A model generated the notes under the pieces. The model saw nothing but the letters and a program-made list of their open reading frames with translations, did no database searches and had not been told where the DNA came from. Of a stretch of 57,273 bases of DNA, positions 41,689 through 48,376 are shown in pieces. The position numbers and the translations under genes are program-made. Positions within the stretch are counted from its first letter, which is position 1; the number at the start of each line of letters is the position of its first letter. Source of the DNA: an archaeon (lineage in GTDB: Archaea; EX4484-52; GLR71); assembly GCA_013138805.1 (NCBI GenBank), contig WTCA01000015.1, positions 1-57,273 of the forward strand, written 5' to 3'.

Positions 41689-42424
41689 TCTAAGCGACAG
41701 GTACAGAAAGATGCTGGACATGACCATAGATTTCTGTGACATGTATCCGTTGACGGTACTGAGATACGGGATAGTCTCACATCCCCTGTTCACCAGTTTG
41801 ACCTGTAGAGATATAGAGACAGGCAAGATAGTCATCTTATGCCCTGATAACATCAAAGAGCAGAAGACCAAGATATATGACAGGATGTCTGAAAGGCTGA
41901 CACGGTCGCCTGATATAGGGAGTATCATGACATTCATACAGAAACCGTATAAGATACCGTTACTGCTACTGCTGGAACGGTACATGACCTGTAAGCAGTT
42001 CAGTGTCTATGCCATAGCACTCTGGACTCAGACTGAGTTTCCGCATCAGAACGGTCAGAAGACCATGATGTCTATGTTCGATAAGACTGAGCGCAGGCAT
42101 ATCATGACCGAATCTGACAGGGAAGCATATGACATGTTGCCTGATCAGGTCAAGGTATACAGGGGTCTCCAGAAAGATGCTATGAAGAGAGGTCTGTCAT
42201 GGACGGTCAGCCTCAGTGTGGCAGAATGGTTCGCTGACAGGTTCAGTCGCAAGGGACAGGTACTTGTCGCCATGATACCTAAGGACAGGATATACGCATT
42301 CATAAAGAGCAGGCATGAAGATGAGATAATACTCAACCCATTGCATCTCAGGTCTGTCAGGATCCTTGACAGGTCAGAAGATCCTGAGGAACCTGAACCT
42401 GAGCCTGAGATTGAGGTGACATGA
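41684..42424 (+). CDS. putative ADP-ribosyltransferase-like protein (R-S-ExE motif order)
   Basis: VYRG ... GLSWTVSLSVAEWFA ... RHEDEIILNP resembles the R / STS / ExE(V/I)(L/I)LN triad of C3-like ARTs. The Arg-to-Ser spacing is unusually short. Confidence 0.4.
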   Translation: MSLSDRYRKMLDMTIDFCDMYPLTVLRYGIVSHPLFTSLTCRDIETGKIVILCPDNIKEQKTKIYDRMSERLTRSPDIGSIMTFIQKPYKIPLLLLLERYMTCKQFSVYAIALWTQTEFPHQNGQKTMMSMFDKTERRHIMTESDREAYDMLPDQVKVYRGLQKDAMKRGLSWTVSLSVAEWFADRFSRKGQVLVAMIPKDRIYAFIKSRHEDEIILNPLHLRSVRILDRSEDPEEPEPEPEIEVT

Positions 42425-42425
42425 C

Positions 42426-42607
42426 ATGTCATATGCAGTAGCGTATAGACTGGCAAGCGATAAGCATGAAGGACAGCTTAGATGGGATGGCACCACCACA
42501 ATGTCTCATGCCATCGCAGTCGCATCTCAGTTCGTCGATGTGAAAGTCTGGAAGTATGCGTGACAAGTATCTGATGGCACTGCATATGCTGGGAGAAGAT
42601 ATCTGAT
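42426..42607 (+). pseudogene. possible frameshifted remnant of an HD-domain (SpoT-like hydrolase) gene
   Basis: Frame 1 reads AYRLASDKHEGQLRWDGTTTMSHAIAVA, like the H..GQ.R..G.PY..H...VA start of HD hydrolases. The next frame reads YLMALHMLGEDI, like LLHD..ED but with HD changed to HM. Confidence 0.25.
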
Positions 42608-42755
42608 GGGTCTTGAATGTCCAGCCTATGCATCCAACAGTACATATGACCATTGCATAGGCGGTATCATGTTGACAGACCCAGTCATAGCCTATGTATT
42701 ATGTCTATGCCTTGTCGCCATCATGTTATACATGCTATCAAATCTGGATAATTGA
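42606..42755 (+). CDS. hypothetical small membrane protein (49 aa, hand-translated)
   Basis: MGLECPAYASNSTYDHCIGGIMLTDPVIAYVLCLCLVAIMLYMLSNLDN. Confidence 0.3.
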   Translation: MGLECPAYASNSTYDHCIGGIMLTDPVIAYVLCLCLVAIMLYMLSNLDN

Positions 42756-42760
42756 TAAAG

Positions 42761-42771
42761 ATATATAAATA
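42761..42771 (+). promoter_or_regulatory. TATA-like box ATATATAAATA
   Basis: About 24 nt upstream of the ATG at 42795. Confidence 0.4.
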
Positions 42772-42794
42772 CAAGAACACCATTAAGGATTTAT

Positions 42795-43124
42795 ATGGTT
42801 TCTATTGCCCGCACAGTTCCCAGACCTAGACATCACCCTAAGACAGCTCTTGACATACCATGCTATGTCATGTTGCTGGCACTCATGGCAGATAGACCTG
42901 ACCTGTGCACCAAGCTGACCGACATGTCCAAGGTGATGGATGTCACCTACTCTCATGTGCAGAGTATCAGGGACAGGCTGATACGTCTGGGCTACGTCAA
43001 CAAGCATAGAGATGGACGGAATGTAGGCATGACACTGACCGTCAGAGGCAAGGCACTGGCTGTCATCTGCAACAGGCTGGTCACTGAACTGACGATTAAA
43101 AAATATAAAGAAAAGCAAAAGTAA
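42795..43124 (+). CDS. winged helix-turn-helix (MarR-like) transcriptional regulator
   Basis: LCTKLTDMSKVMDVTYSHVQSIRDRLIRLGYVNKHRDGRNVGMTLTVRGKAL is the typical wHTH recognition helix plus wing. Confidence 0.7.
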   Translation: MVSIARTVPRPRHHPKTALDIPCYVMLLALMADRPDLCTKLTDMSKVMDVTYSHVQSIRDRLIRLGYVNKHRDGRNVGMTLTVRGKALAVICNRLVTELTIKKYKEKQK

Positions 43125-43136
43125 AGATCAAGACAG

Positions 43137-43307
43137 TCATTTCATTCTTTTCTTGCCCTTGTTCAGGTAGTACATGCCTATGCCTAGTATAGGAAGCACT
43201 ATGAGAACAAAGATACCGTCAGCGACTGTCAGGTTCTCGGTAACGCCAAGGATGATACCGGACGGTATCTCACCTATGGCTTTTGTATCTTCTACGACAG
43301 ATGACAT
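43137..43307 (-). CDS. GLTEN-module mini-protein (56 aa, hand-translated)
   Basis: MSSVVEDTKAIGEIPSGIILGVTENLTVADGIFVLIVLPILGIGMYYLNKGKKRMK. Confidence 0.7.
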   Translation of the reverse strand: MSSVVEDTKAIGEIPSGIILGVTENLTVADGIFVLIVLPILGIGMYYLNKGKKRMK

Positions 43308-43338
43308 GATAGATCACATATAAAGATTAAGATTCTAT

Positions 43339-43375
43339 AAAAAAAAAACAAAAAAGGTCGGGTCTCTGAGACCCG
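43339..43375 (-). terminator. hairpin (CGGGTCTC/GAGACCCG) followed by a long T-tract on the minus strand
   Basis: Directly downstream of the stop of 43386..43562. The minus-strand RNA reads ...CGGGUCUCAGAGACCCGACCUUUUUUGUUUUUUUUUU. Confidence 0.7.
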
Positions 43376-43385
43376 AAAGGTTCAC

Positions 43386-43562
43386 TTATTTTACAAGCTT
43401 ACCTTTCTTTGCATTTCCGTAGAAATACATACCGCCACCGATGACAGCAAGCAGGATACCGAATGTTATTGCTGTACCGATGCTGACATTCTCAGTCATA
43501 CCAAGAATTGCACCTGCTGGGATCTCTCCCAGTGCTTTAGTTCCGTTCAGAGTTTCAGACAT
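43386..43562 (-). CDS. GLTEN-module mini-protein (58 aa, hand-translated), candidate abundant membrane/structural protein
   Basis: MSETLNGTKALGEIPAGAILGMTENVSIGTAITFGILLAVIGGGMYFYGNAKKGKLVK. Has its own TATA region and a strong terminator. Confidence 0.75.
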   Translation of the reverse strand: MSETLNGTKALGEIPAGAILGMTENVSIGTAITFGILLAVIGGGMYFYGNAKKGKLVK

Positions 43563-43622
43563 AGTAGTTCACCAAATATTGCGACTGATCATGAGTCACT
43601 GTATATCAGTTGGGCACCAGAG

Positions 43623-43659
43623 TTTATAAAACAGTATCAGCACTATACTGTTTTATAAA
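43623..43659. promoter_or_regulatory. perfect 15-bp inverted repeat built from two TATA boxes (TTTATAAAACAGTAT-N7-ATACTGTTTTATAAA)
   Basis: Arms at 43623-43637 and 43645-43659. Lies between the mini-protein genes. CAGTAT recurs at 43661-43666. Confidence 0.6.
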
Positions 43660-43670
43660 GCAGTATAGTT

Positions 43671-43832
43671 CTAGCGGTTTCCAGCCCTGTCTTTCCTGCC
43701 CATCAGCAGTATCAGACCACCCACAGCCAATAGTATGATAAAGGTAGCTGTGAACAGGTCGACAGACTCTGTGACACCAGTCATGAACCCACCCACTGTG
43801 TTGCTGAAATCTAGCATGAACGTATTTTCCAT
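43671..43832 (-). CDS. GLTEN-module mini-protein, divergent variant (53 aa)
   Basis: Track ORF 43671..43865. An internal ATG gives MENTFMLDFSNTVGGFMTGVTESVDLFTATFIILLAVGGLILLMGRKDRAGNR. Confidence 0.55.
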   Translation of the reverse strand: MENTFMLDFSNTVGGFMTGVTESVDLFTATFIILLAVGGLILLMGRKDRAGNR

Positions 43833-43895
43833 CTGATACACCTCAAAGAGTAATACCCTTTTCAAAGGATGGTCATTGACCAGCCTTGACCTTTA

Positions 43896-45446
43896 TTATG
43901 ACTTTCTATTAGATGCTTCTGAAAACACGAATATACTGAAACCGATTATGATAGCTAATATACCCATATAGATAGCATCTGATATAGCTAAGTTCTCAGT
44001 CAGACCCAGTATGGCTCCTGCCGGCACCTCACCTATCGCCTTGGTCGCCGTGATGGTGGCTATGGATTCAAGGTATGCCTGATAAGACTGATATTCACTG
44101 GTTACAGCCCTCGTATCTGTGCAGTTGATGTTGCCTGCAGTGTCATTGACGCAGGCATAATATGTATATGACCCATCTGCACCGAATGTCTTGACCGTCT
44201 CAAAGCCAGTCACGGTCTCGTTGGTGCCATTCCAGTTCAGCGTGACTGTATCTATGTCAGCATCTATGACTGACAGGTTGACTGTCATCGAAGCTGTCTG
44301 GACAGTCGAGCTGTCGTCAGGCGTAGGGGCTATGAAATCTATGGTGGGCACTATCGTATCGACAGTGAAATATATGGTCTCATCCTCAACCAGACCCGCA
44401 TAGGTCACTGAATACATATATATCTTATTTATACCTTCAACAGCTGTCAATGTAGAGTTATAGATATCCCACCTGAACCCTGTATCCATATTATAATATT
44501 TATTTCCGCTGAGGAGATAATGATACCCATCAATGTCATACACTGTAGTGTCCAGATACATGCGTGATACTACACCTTCATCTATGTGCCCTGCATCACT
44601 CTGCCATGAGCCTGTTGTACTATTATACATGTATCCTACCGCTACATACGGTGCGAAACTACTGGCTGAAATGAGAAGATATTGGACATCATTGAACTTG
44701 AATGCTTCAGGCTGTGCATAATTGACCCCTGCAGGTGCCTCGGGGCTAGGTCTTATAGAATCATCAGACTGCCAAGCAGTCCCAGTCCAGTTGAAACCAA
44801 ATACATTACTGTCAGACCTATATATGAGCATGTAACTGACATCATCTATATCAAACACTACTGGATCTGCATGCCTTGTGTATGTCCCATAAGCACCATC
44901 TAACCCAGACACTATCGCACTGTCTTCCTGCCAAGAGCTACCAGTCCAGTTATATCCTATAAGATCATTGGTCTCATTGCCTTTTATGAAGTACCATATA
45001 TCTGATATATTGAATACAGTCTGACCTGATGGAACTGTGTTAGATTCATAAGTATAATATGTACCTAGACCAGTCACTATAGCAGTATCAGACAGCCAAG
45101 CTGTCCCAGTCCAGTTATATCCATGAAAACTGCCACCATATCCTTGAATAAGATACTGTGTACTGTCTTTATACAGACCTGTATAACTAGATATATACTG
45201 ACCTGTCACACCTGCCCTCTTAGACTCATCAGCCAGCCACTTGATAGCATAAGTATATTCATTATCGTTAAGCCTATATTTGACATCATCATAGCCTATT
45301 GATGAACTTAGAGATAGAGGTATTGATACAGTACTATAAGATATGTTCTGAGGGCTGTCTATCGTCAATGCAGGCACTGCATACGCAGGCATGGACAGCA
45401 ATAAGATTGCTGTCATAAGAGCAGATAGGACAATGCTATATCTCAT
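43896..45446 (-). CDS. secreted repeat protein (GYNWTG-x-WQSD repeats) with GLTEN anchor, adhesin/receptor-binding-like
   Basis: Signal peptide ends ...SMPAYAVP. About 6 repeats of the F/GYNWTGTAWQSD..I..GL type. C-terminus KAIGEVPAGAILGLTENLAISDA-TM-NRKS. Confidence 0.8.
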   Translation of the reverse strand: MRYSIVLSALMTAILLLSMPAYAVPALTIDSPQNISYSTVSIPLSLSSSIGYDDVKYRLNDNEYTYAIKWLADESKRAGVTGQYISSYTGLYKDSTQYLIQGYGGSFHGYNWTGTAWLSDTAIVTGLGTYYTYESNTVPSGQTVFNISDIWYFIKGNETNDLIGYNWTGSSWQEDSAIVSGLDGAYGTYTRHADPVVFDIDDVSYMLIYRSDSNVFGFNWTGTAWQSDDSIRPSPEAPAGVNYAQPEAFKFNDVQYLLISASSFAPYVAVGYMYNSTTGSWQSDAGHIDEGVVSRMYLDTTVYDIDGYHYLLSGNKYYNMDTGFRWDIYNSTLTAVEGINKIYMYSVTYAGLVEDETIYFTVDTIVPTIDFIAPTPDDSSTVQTASMTVNLSVIDADIDTVTLNWNGTNETVTGFETVKTFGADGSYTYYACVNDTAGNINCTDTRAVTSEYQSYQAYLESIATITATKAIGEVPAGAILGLTENLAISDAIYMGILAIIIGFSIFVFSEASNRKS

Positions 45447-45477
45447 GGTATCTCACTGACTGTATATTTGACACGGC

Positions 45478-45495
45478 TGTTTATAAGGTAGCATC
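45478..45495 (-). promoter_or_regulatory. recurrent promoter motif (minus strand GATGCTACCTTATAAACA)
   Basis: 32 nt upstream of the ATG at 45446. Overlaps the stop codon of 45494..46987. Confidence 0.6.
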
Positions 45496-46987
45496 AGCGT
45501 CTCTTAGACCATGCGGTGTACCCGAATATCCCGAACCCTATGATGGTCAGGATTATGACCGCATTGATGCCGTCTGCCACAGACACGTTCTCAGTCAGAC
45601 CAAGGATCGCTCCGGCAGGCAGTTCACCCAATGCTTTGGTAGAGTCTATGGTGCTCTGCACCTCAGCTTCAGGTATGGTGTCCACAGTGAATGAGACAGA
45701 TGAGTAGCCCATGTCATCTGATGTGTTGGTAGCATAGACGACAATGTCATTGGCACCTTCCTGTGCAGTGATGGTCTTGTTGAGGAATGCCTTGTCCGCT
45801 TCAAGCCATGCCATGCGCAGGTATGTATCAGTATCATCCCAATAGCTGAAATAGATATTGTCATCTGAATCAGTCACAGATGCCAGACCCAAGCCAGTAG
45901 CAGAATCACTGTCCACTGTATTGATAGTCCATGATGCACCATCCCATACAGCCACACTCAGGTTACCTGTCGTCTCAGCCGTAAATCCTATGTATATATT
46001 GTTGTCAGAATCCATGGTCATAGATGAATGATCACCAGATATAGGAGTCACAGTCTCTATGTTCCATGTACCGTTCCACTTAGCGAACTTAAGGTCTGCA
46101 TTGGTGACATCATGGTAACTTATGTAGATATCGCCTTCAGGATGAACTGCAGTAGATGTGATCTCACCTACACTGCCTGTGCTGTCGACAGTCTCAGTGT
46201 TCCATGTACCGTTCCACTTAGCGAACTTGAGGTCAAGGTTGGTAACATCATAGTAGCTTATGTATACCTCGCTGTTATCAGGGCTGGTTGCGATTGACGT
46301 ATATATCCCTACACTGCCTGCGCTGTCCACAGTCTCTATGTTCCAGCTACCGTTCCACTTGGCATATTTAAGGGCAGTATTAGGGGTGTCTCTGTAACTT
46401 ATATGTATGGTGTCATCAGAGTCTATCTCCATAGCAGGATAGTCACCTACATTGCTTGTGCTGTCCACAGTCTCTATGTTCCAGCTACCGTTCCATTTAG
46501 CCAGATTAAGAGTTCCTGCAGTCCCGTCAGTGTAAGCGATATATATGTAATCGTTAGAATCAGTTGCTACTGCACTGAACAGACCGACGTCACCGTCACT
46601 GTCAACAGTCTCCAATGTCCAACTGCCGTTCCATCTAGCTATCTTGAGGTCTCCACCTACACTGTCATAATAGCCTATAAAGACATTACCTTCAGAATCT
46701 GTCGCAATCCCTGTAAATTCCTGCACTTCAGATACATTGTCACCAGTCATGGTAACCCATGTATCTCCTGCTCCTGAATATGTGAACAGGCTGATGTTAT
46801 CTGCATCATTCAATGAATAGTATGCATCACTCAGTGTCTCGTCAGCTGACCAGTTAAGGTCGATTGTCGCATTGTCATAGGTGGTCGCAGTCGGGCTGTC
46901 TATGGTGACAGTCGGGACTGCATATGCAGACATGGACAGTAACATGAATGTTACGAGGATGACAGGCAATATATTACTGTATTTCAT
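45494..46987 (-). CDS. secreted beta-propeller-like repeat protein with GLTEN anchor
   Basis: About 7-8 repeats of ~44 aa (L-K-F/Y-A-K-W-N-G-S/T-W-N-I/T-E-T-V-D-S...Y-I-S-Y). The N- and C-terminal ~60-90 aa are near-identical to 47035..48324. Confidence 0.8.
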   Translation of the reverse strand: MKYSNILPVILVTFMLLSMSAYAVPTVTIDSPTATTYDNATIDLNWSADETLSDAYYSLNDADNISLFTYSGAGDTWVTMTGDNVSEVQEFTGIATDSEGNVFIGYYDSVGGDLKIARWNGSWTLETVDSDGDVGLFSAVATDSNDYIYIAYTDGTAGTLNLAKWNGSWNIETVDSTSNVGDYPAMEIDSDDTIHISYRDTPNTALKYAKWNGSWNIETVDSAGSVGIYTSIATSPDNSEVYISYYDVTNLDLKFAKWNGTWNTETVDSTGSVGEITSTAVHPEGDIYISYHDVTNADLKFAKWNGTWNIETVTPISGDHSSMTMDSDNNIYIGFTAETTGNLSVAVWDGASWTINTVDSDSATGLGLASVTDSDDNIYFSYWDDTDTYLRMAWLEADKAFLNKTITAQEGANDIVVYATNTSDDMGYSSVSFTVDTIPEAEVQSTIDSTKALGELPAGAILGLTENVSVADGINAVIILTIIGFGIFGYTAWSKRR

Positions 46988-47018
46988 AAGGACTCACTGT
47001 ATATATATTTGACATGAG

Positions 47019-47036
47019 TATTTATAAGATAGCATC
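47019..47036 (-). promoter_or_regulatory. recurrent promoter motif (minus strand GATGCTATCTTATAAATA)
   Basis: 32 nt upstream of the ATG at 46987. Overlaps the stop of 47035..48324. Confidence 0.6.
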
Positions 47037-48324
47037 AGCCTCTCTTAGACCATACCGTGAACATGAACATCCCGAAACCTAAGATAACAGCCAGTATGCC
47101 TATACGGATCCCGTCTGCCACAGACACGTTCTCAGTCAGACCAAGGATCGCTCCGGCAGGCAGTTCACCCAATGCCTTGGCAGAGTCTATGTTGCTCTGC
47201 ACCCCAGTATCAAGGATGGCGTCCACAGTGAATGAGACAGATGAGTAGCCCATGTCATCTGATGTGTTGGTAGCATAGATGACCACTGTATTCTGTCCTT
47301 CAATACCAGTTATTGTTGTATTGATAAAATTATAATCAAGAGATTGTGTAATATTATATCCTTTAAATGTTCCTGTATAATCCAATGATAAAAAATACAT
47401 CGTATCATTCAGTTCATAGATAACTGGTGATGTGTATATATTTGCTGTTGCAAGACCTCCAATAATAGCCGTATCGCTCTGCCAAGATGTACCTGTCCAA
47501 TTATATCCATAAAAATTGCCACTAGATTCACCTGATATAAGATACCAGTACCCATTCATCTCAAATACATTGGGTGTTGAAATTTGACCAATATCACTAA
47601 GTCCATTTACGATAGCAGTATCGCTTTGCCATGTATTGCCTGTCCAATTATAACCATTGAAAGTACCAGCTTGGTTACCTTGAATTGCATACCATACATT
47701 ATCTTTCTCAAATACAGTTATTGCACTGTTAGTTGAACTGGATATCCCACTTATCACAGAAGAATTGGTCTGCCATATAGTCCCATTCCATGTAAAGCCA
47801 TATCTTGTTGCACCGTCACCAGTACCCATTATCATGTGCAACTGACTGTCCCAATAAAAAGTTTCTGGAACAGCCGAACTTCTACCACCGATTAAACTAT
47901 AAAGACCGTTATCTATGCTACCATTAAGTTGCCATACAGCCCCATCCCATGTAAGTGCATCTTTAGTGGAATCCAGACCACCGTATAAAAAACCCCCAAG
48001 AATAAGATGCCATTGACTGCCATAATAAAATACCGTTCCAGATTGTTGTGCATTTGCGACCATGCTACTGAGGATATAATCATCGCTTGTCCAATTACCT
48101 GTATATATTAAATTTCCTTCAGCTAAACTGACATTGCTGGCATCATTCAATGAATAGTATGCATCACCTAAGGTCTCGTCAGCTGACCAGTTAAGGTCGA
48201 TTGTCGCATTGTCATATGTGGTCGCAGTCGGGCTGTCTATGGTGACAGTCGGGACTGCATATGCAGACATGGACATTAACATGAATGTTGCGAAGATGAC
48301 AGGCAATATATTACTGTATTTCAT
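47035..48324 (-). CDS. secreted repeat protein (YNWTG-x-WQSD repeats) with GLTEN anchor
   Basis: Same ends as 45494..46987, but the core is of the 43896..45446 repeat type. Confidence 0.8.
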   Translation of the reverse strand: MKYSNILPVIFATFMLMSMSAYAVPTVTIDSPTATTYDNATIDLNWSADETLGDAYYSLNDASNVSLAEGNLIYTGNWTSDDYILSSMVANAQQSGTVFYYGSQWHLILGGFLYGGLDSTKDALTWDGAVWQLNGSIDNGLYSLIGGRSSAVPETFYWDSQLHMIMGTGDGATRYGFTWNGTIWQTNSSVISGISSSTNSAITVFEKDNVWYAIQGNQAGTFNGYNWTGNTWQSDTAIVNGLSDIGQISTPNVFEMNGYWYLISGESSGNFYGYNWTGTSWQSDTAIIGGLATANIYTSPVIYELNDTMYFLSLDYTGTFKGYNITQSLDYNFINTTITGIEGQNTVVIYATNTSDDMGYSSVSFTVDAILDTGVQSNIDSAKALGELPAGAILGLTENVSVADGIRIGILAVILGFGMFMFTVWSKRG

Positions 48325-48356
48325 AAAAATCCCTGTACGATATATTTATTGTCTAT

Positions 48357-48374
48357 CATTTATAAGGTAGCATC
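48357..48374 (-). promoter_or_regulatory. recurrent promoter motif (minus strand GATGCTACCTTATAAATG)
   Basis: About 33 nt upstream of the ATG at 48324. Immediately downstream of the stop of the 48377 gene. Confidence 0.6.
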
Positions 48375-48376
48375 AA

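Noticed and set aside
43896-48324. A diversity-generating retroelement acting on the adhesin-like genes.
   Set aside because: No reverse transcriptase ORF and no template/variable repeat pair with adenine-specific differences was seen. The variation is whole-domain replacement between conserved ends.
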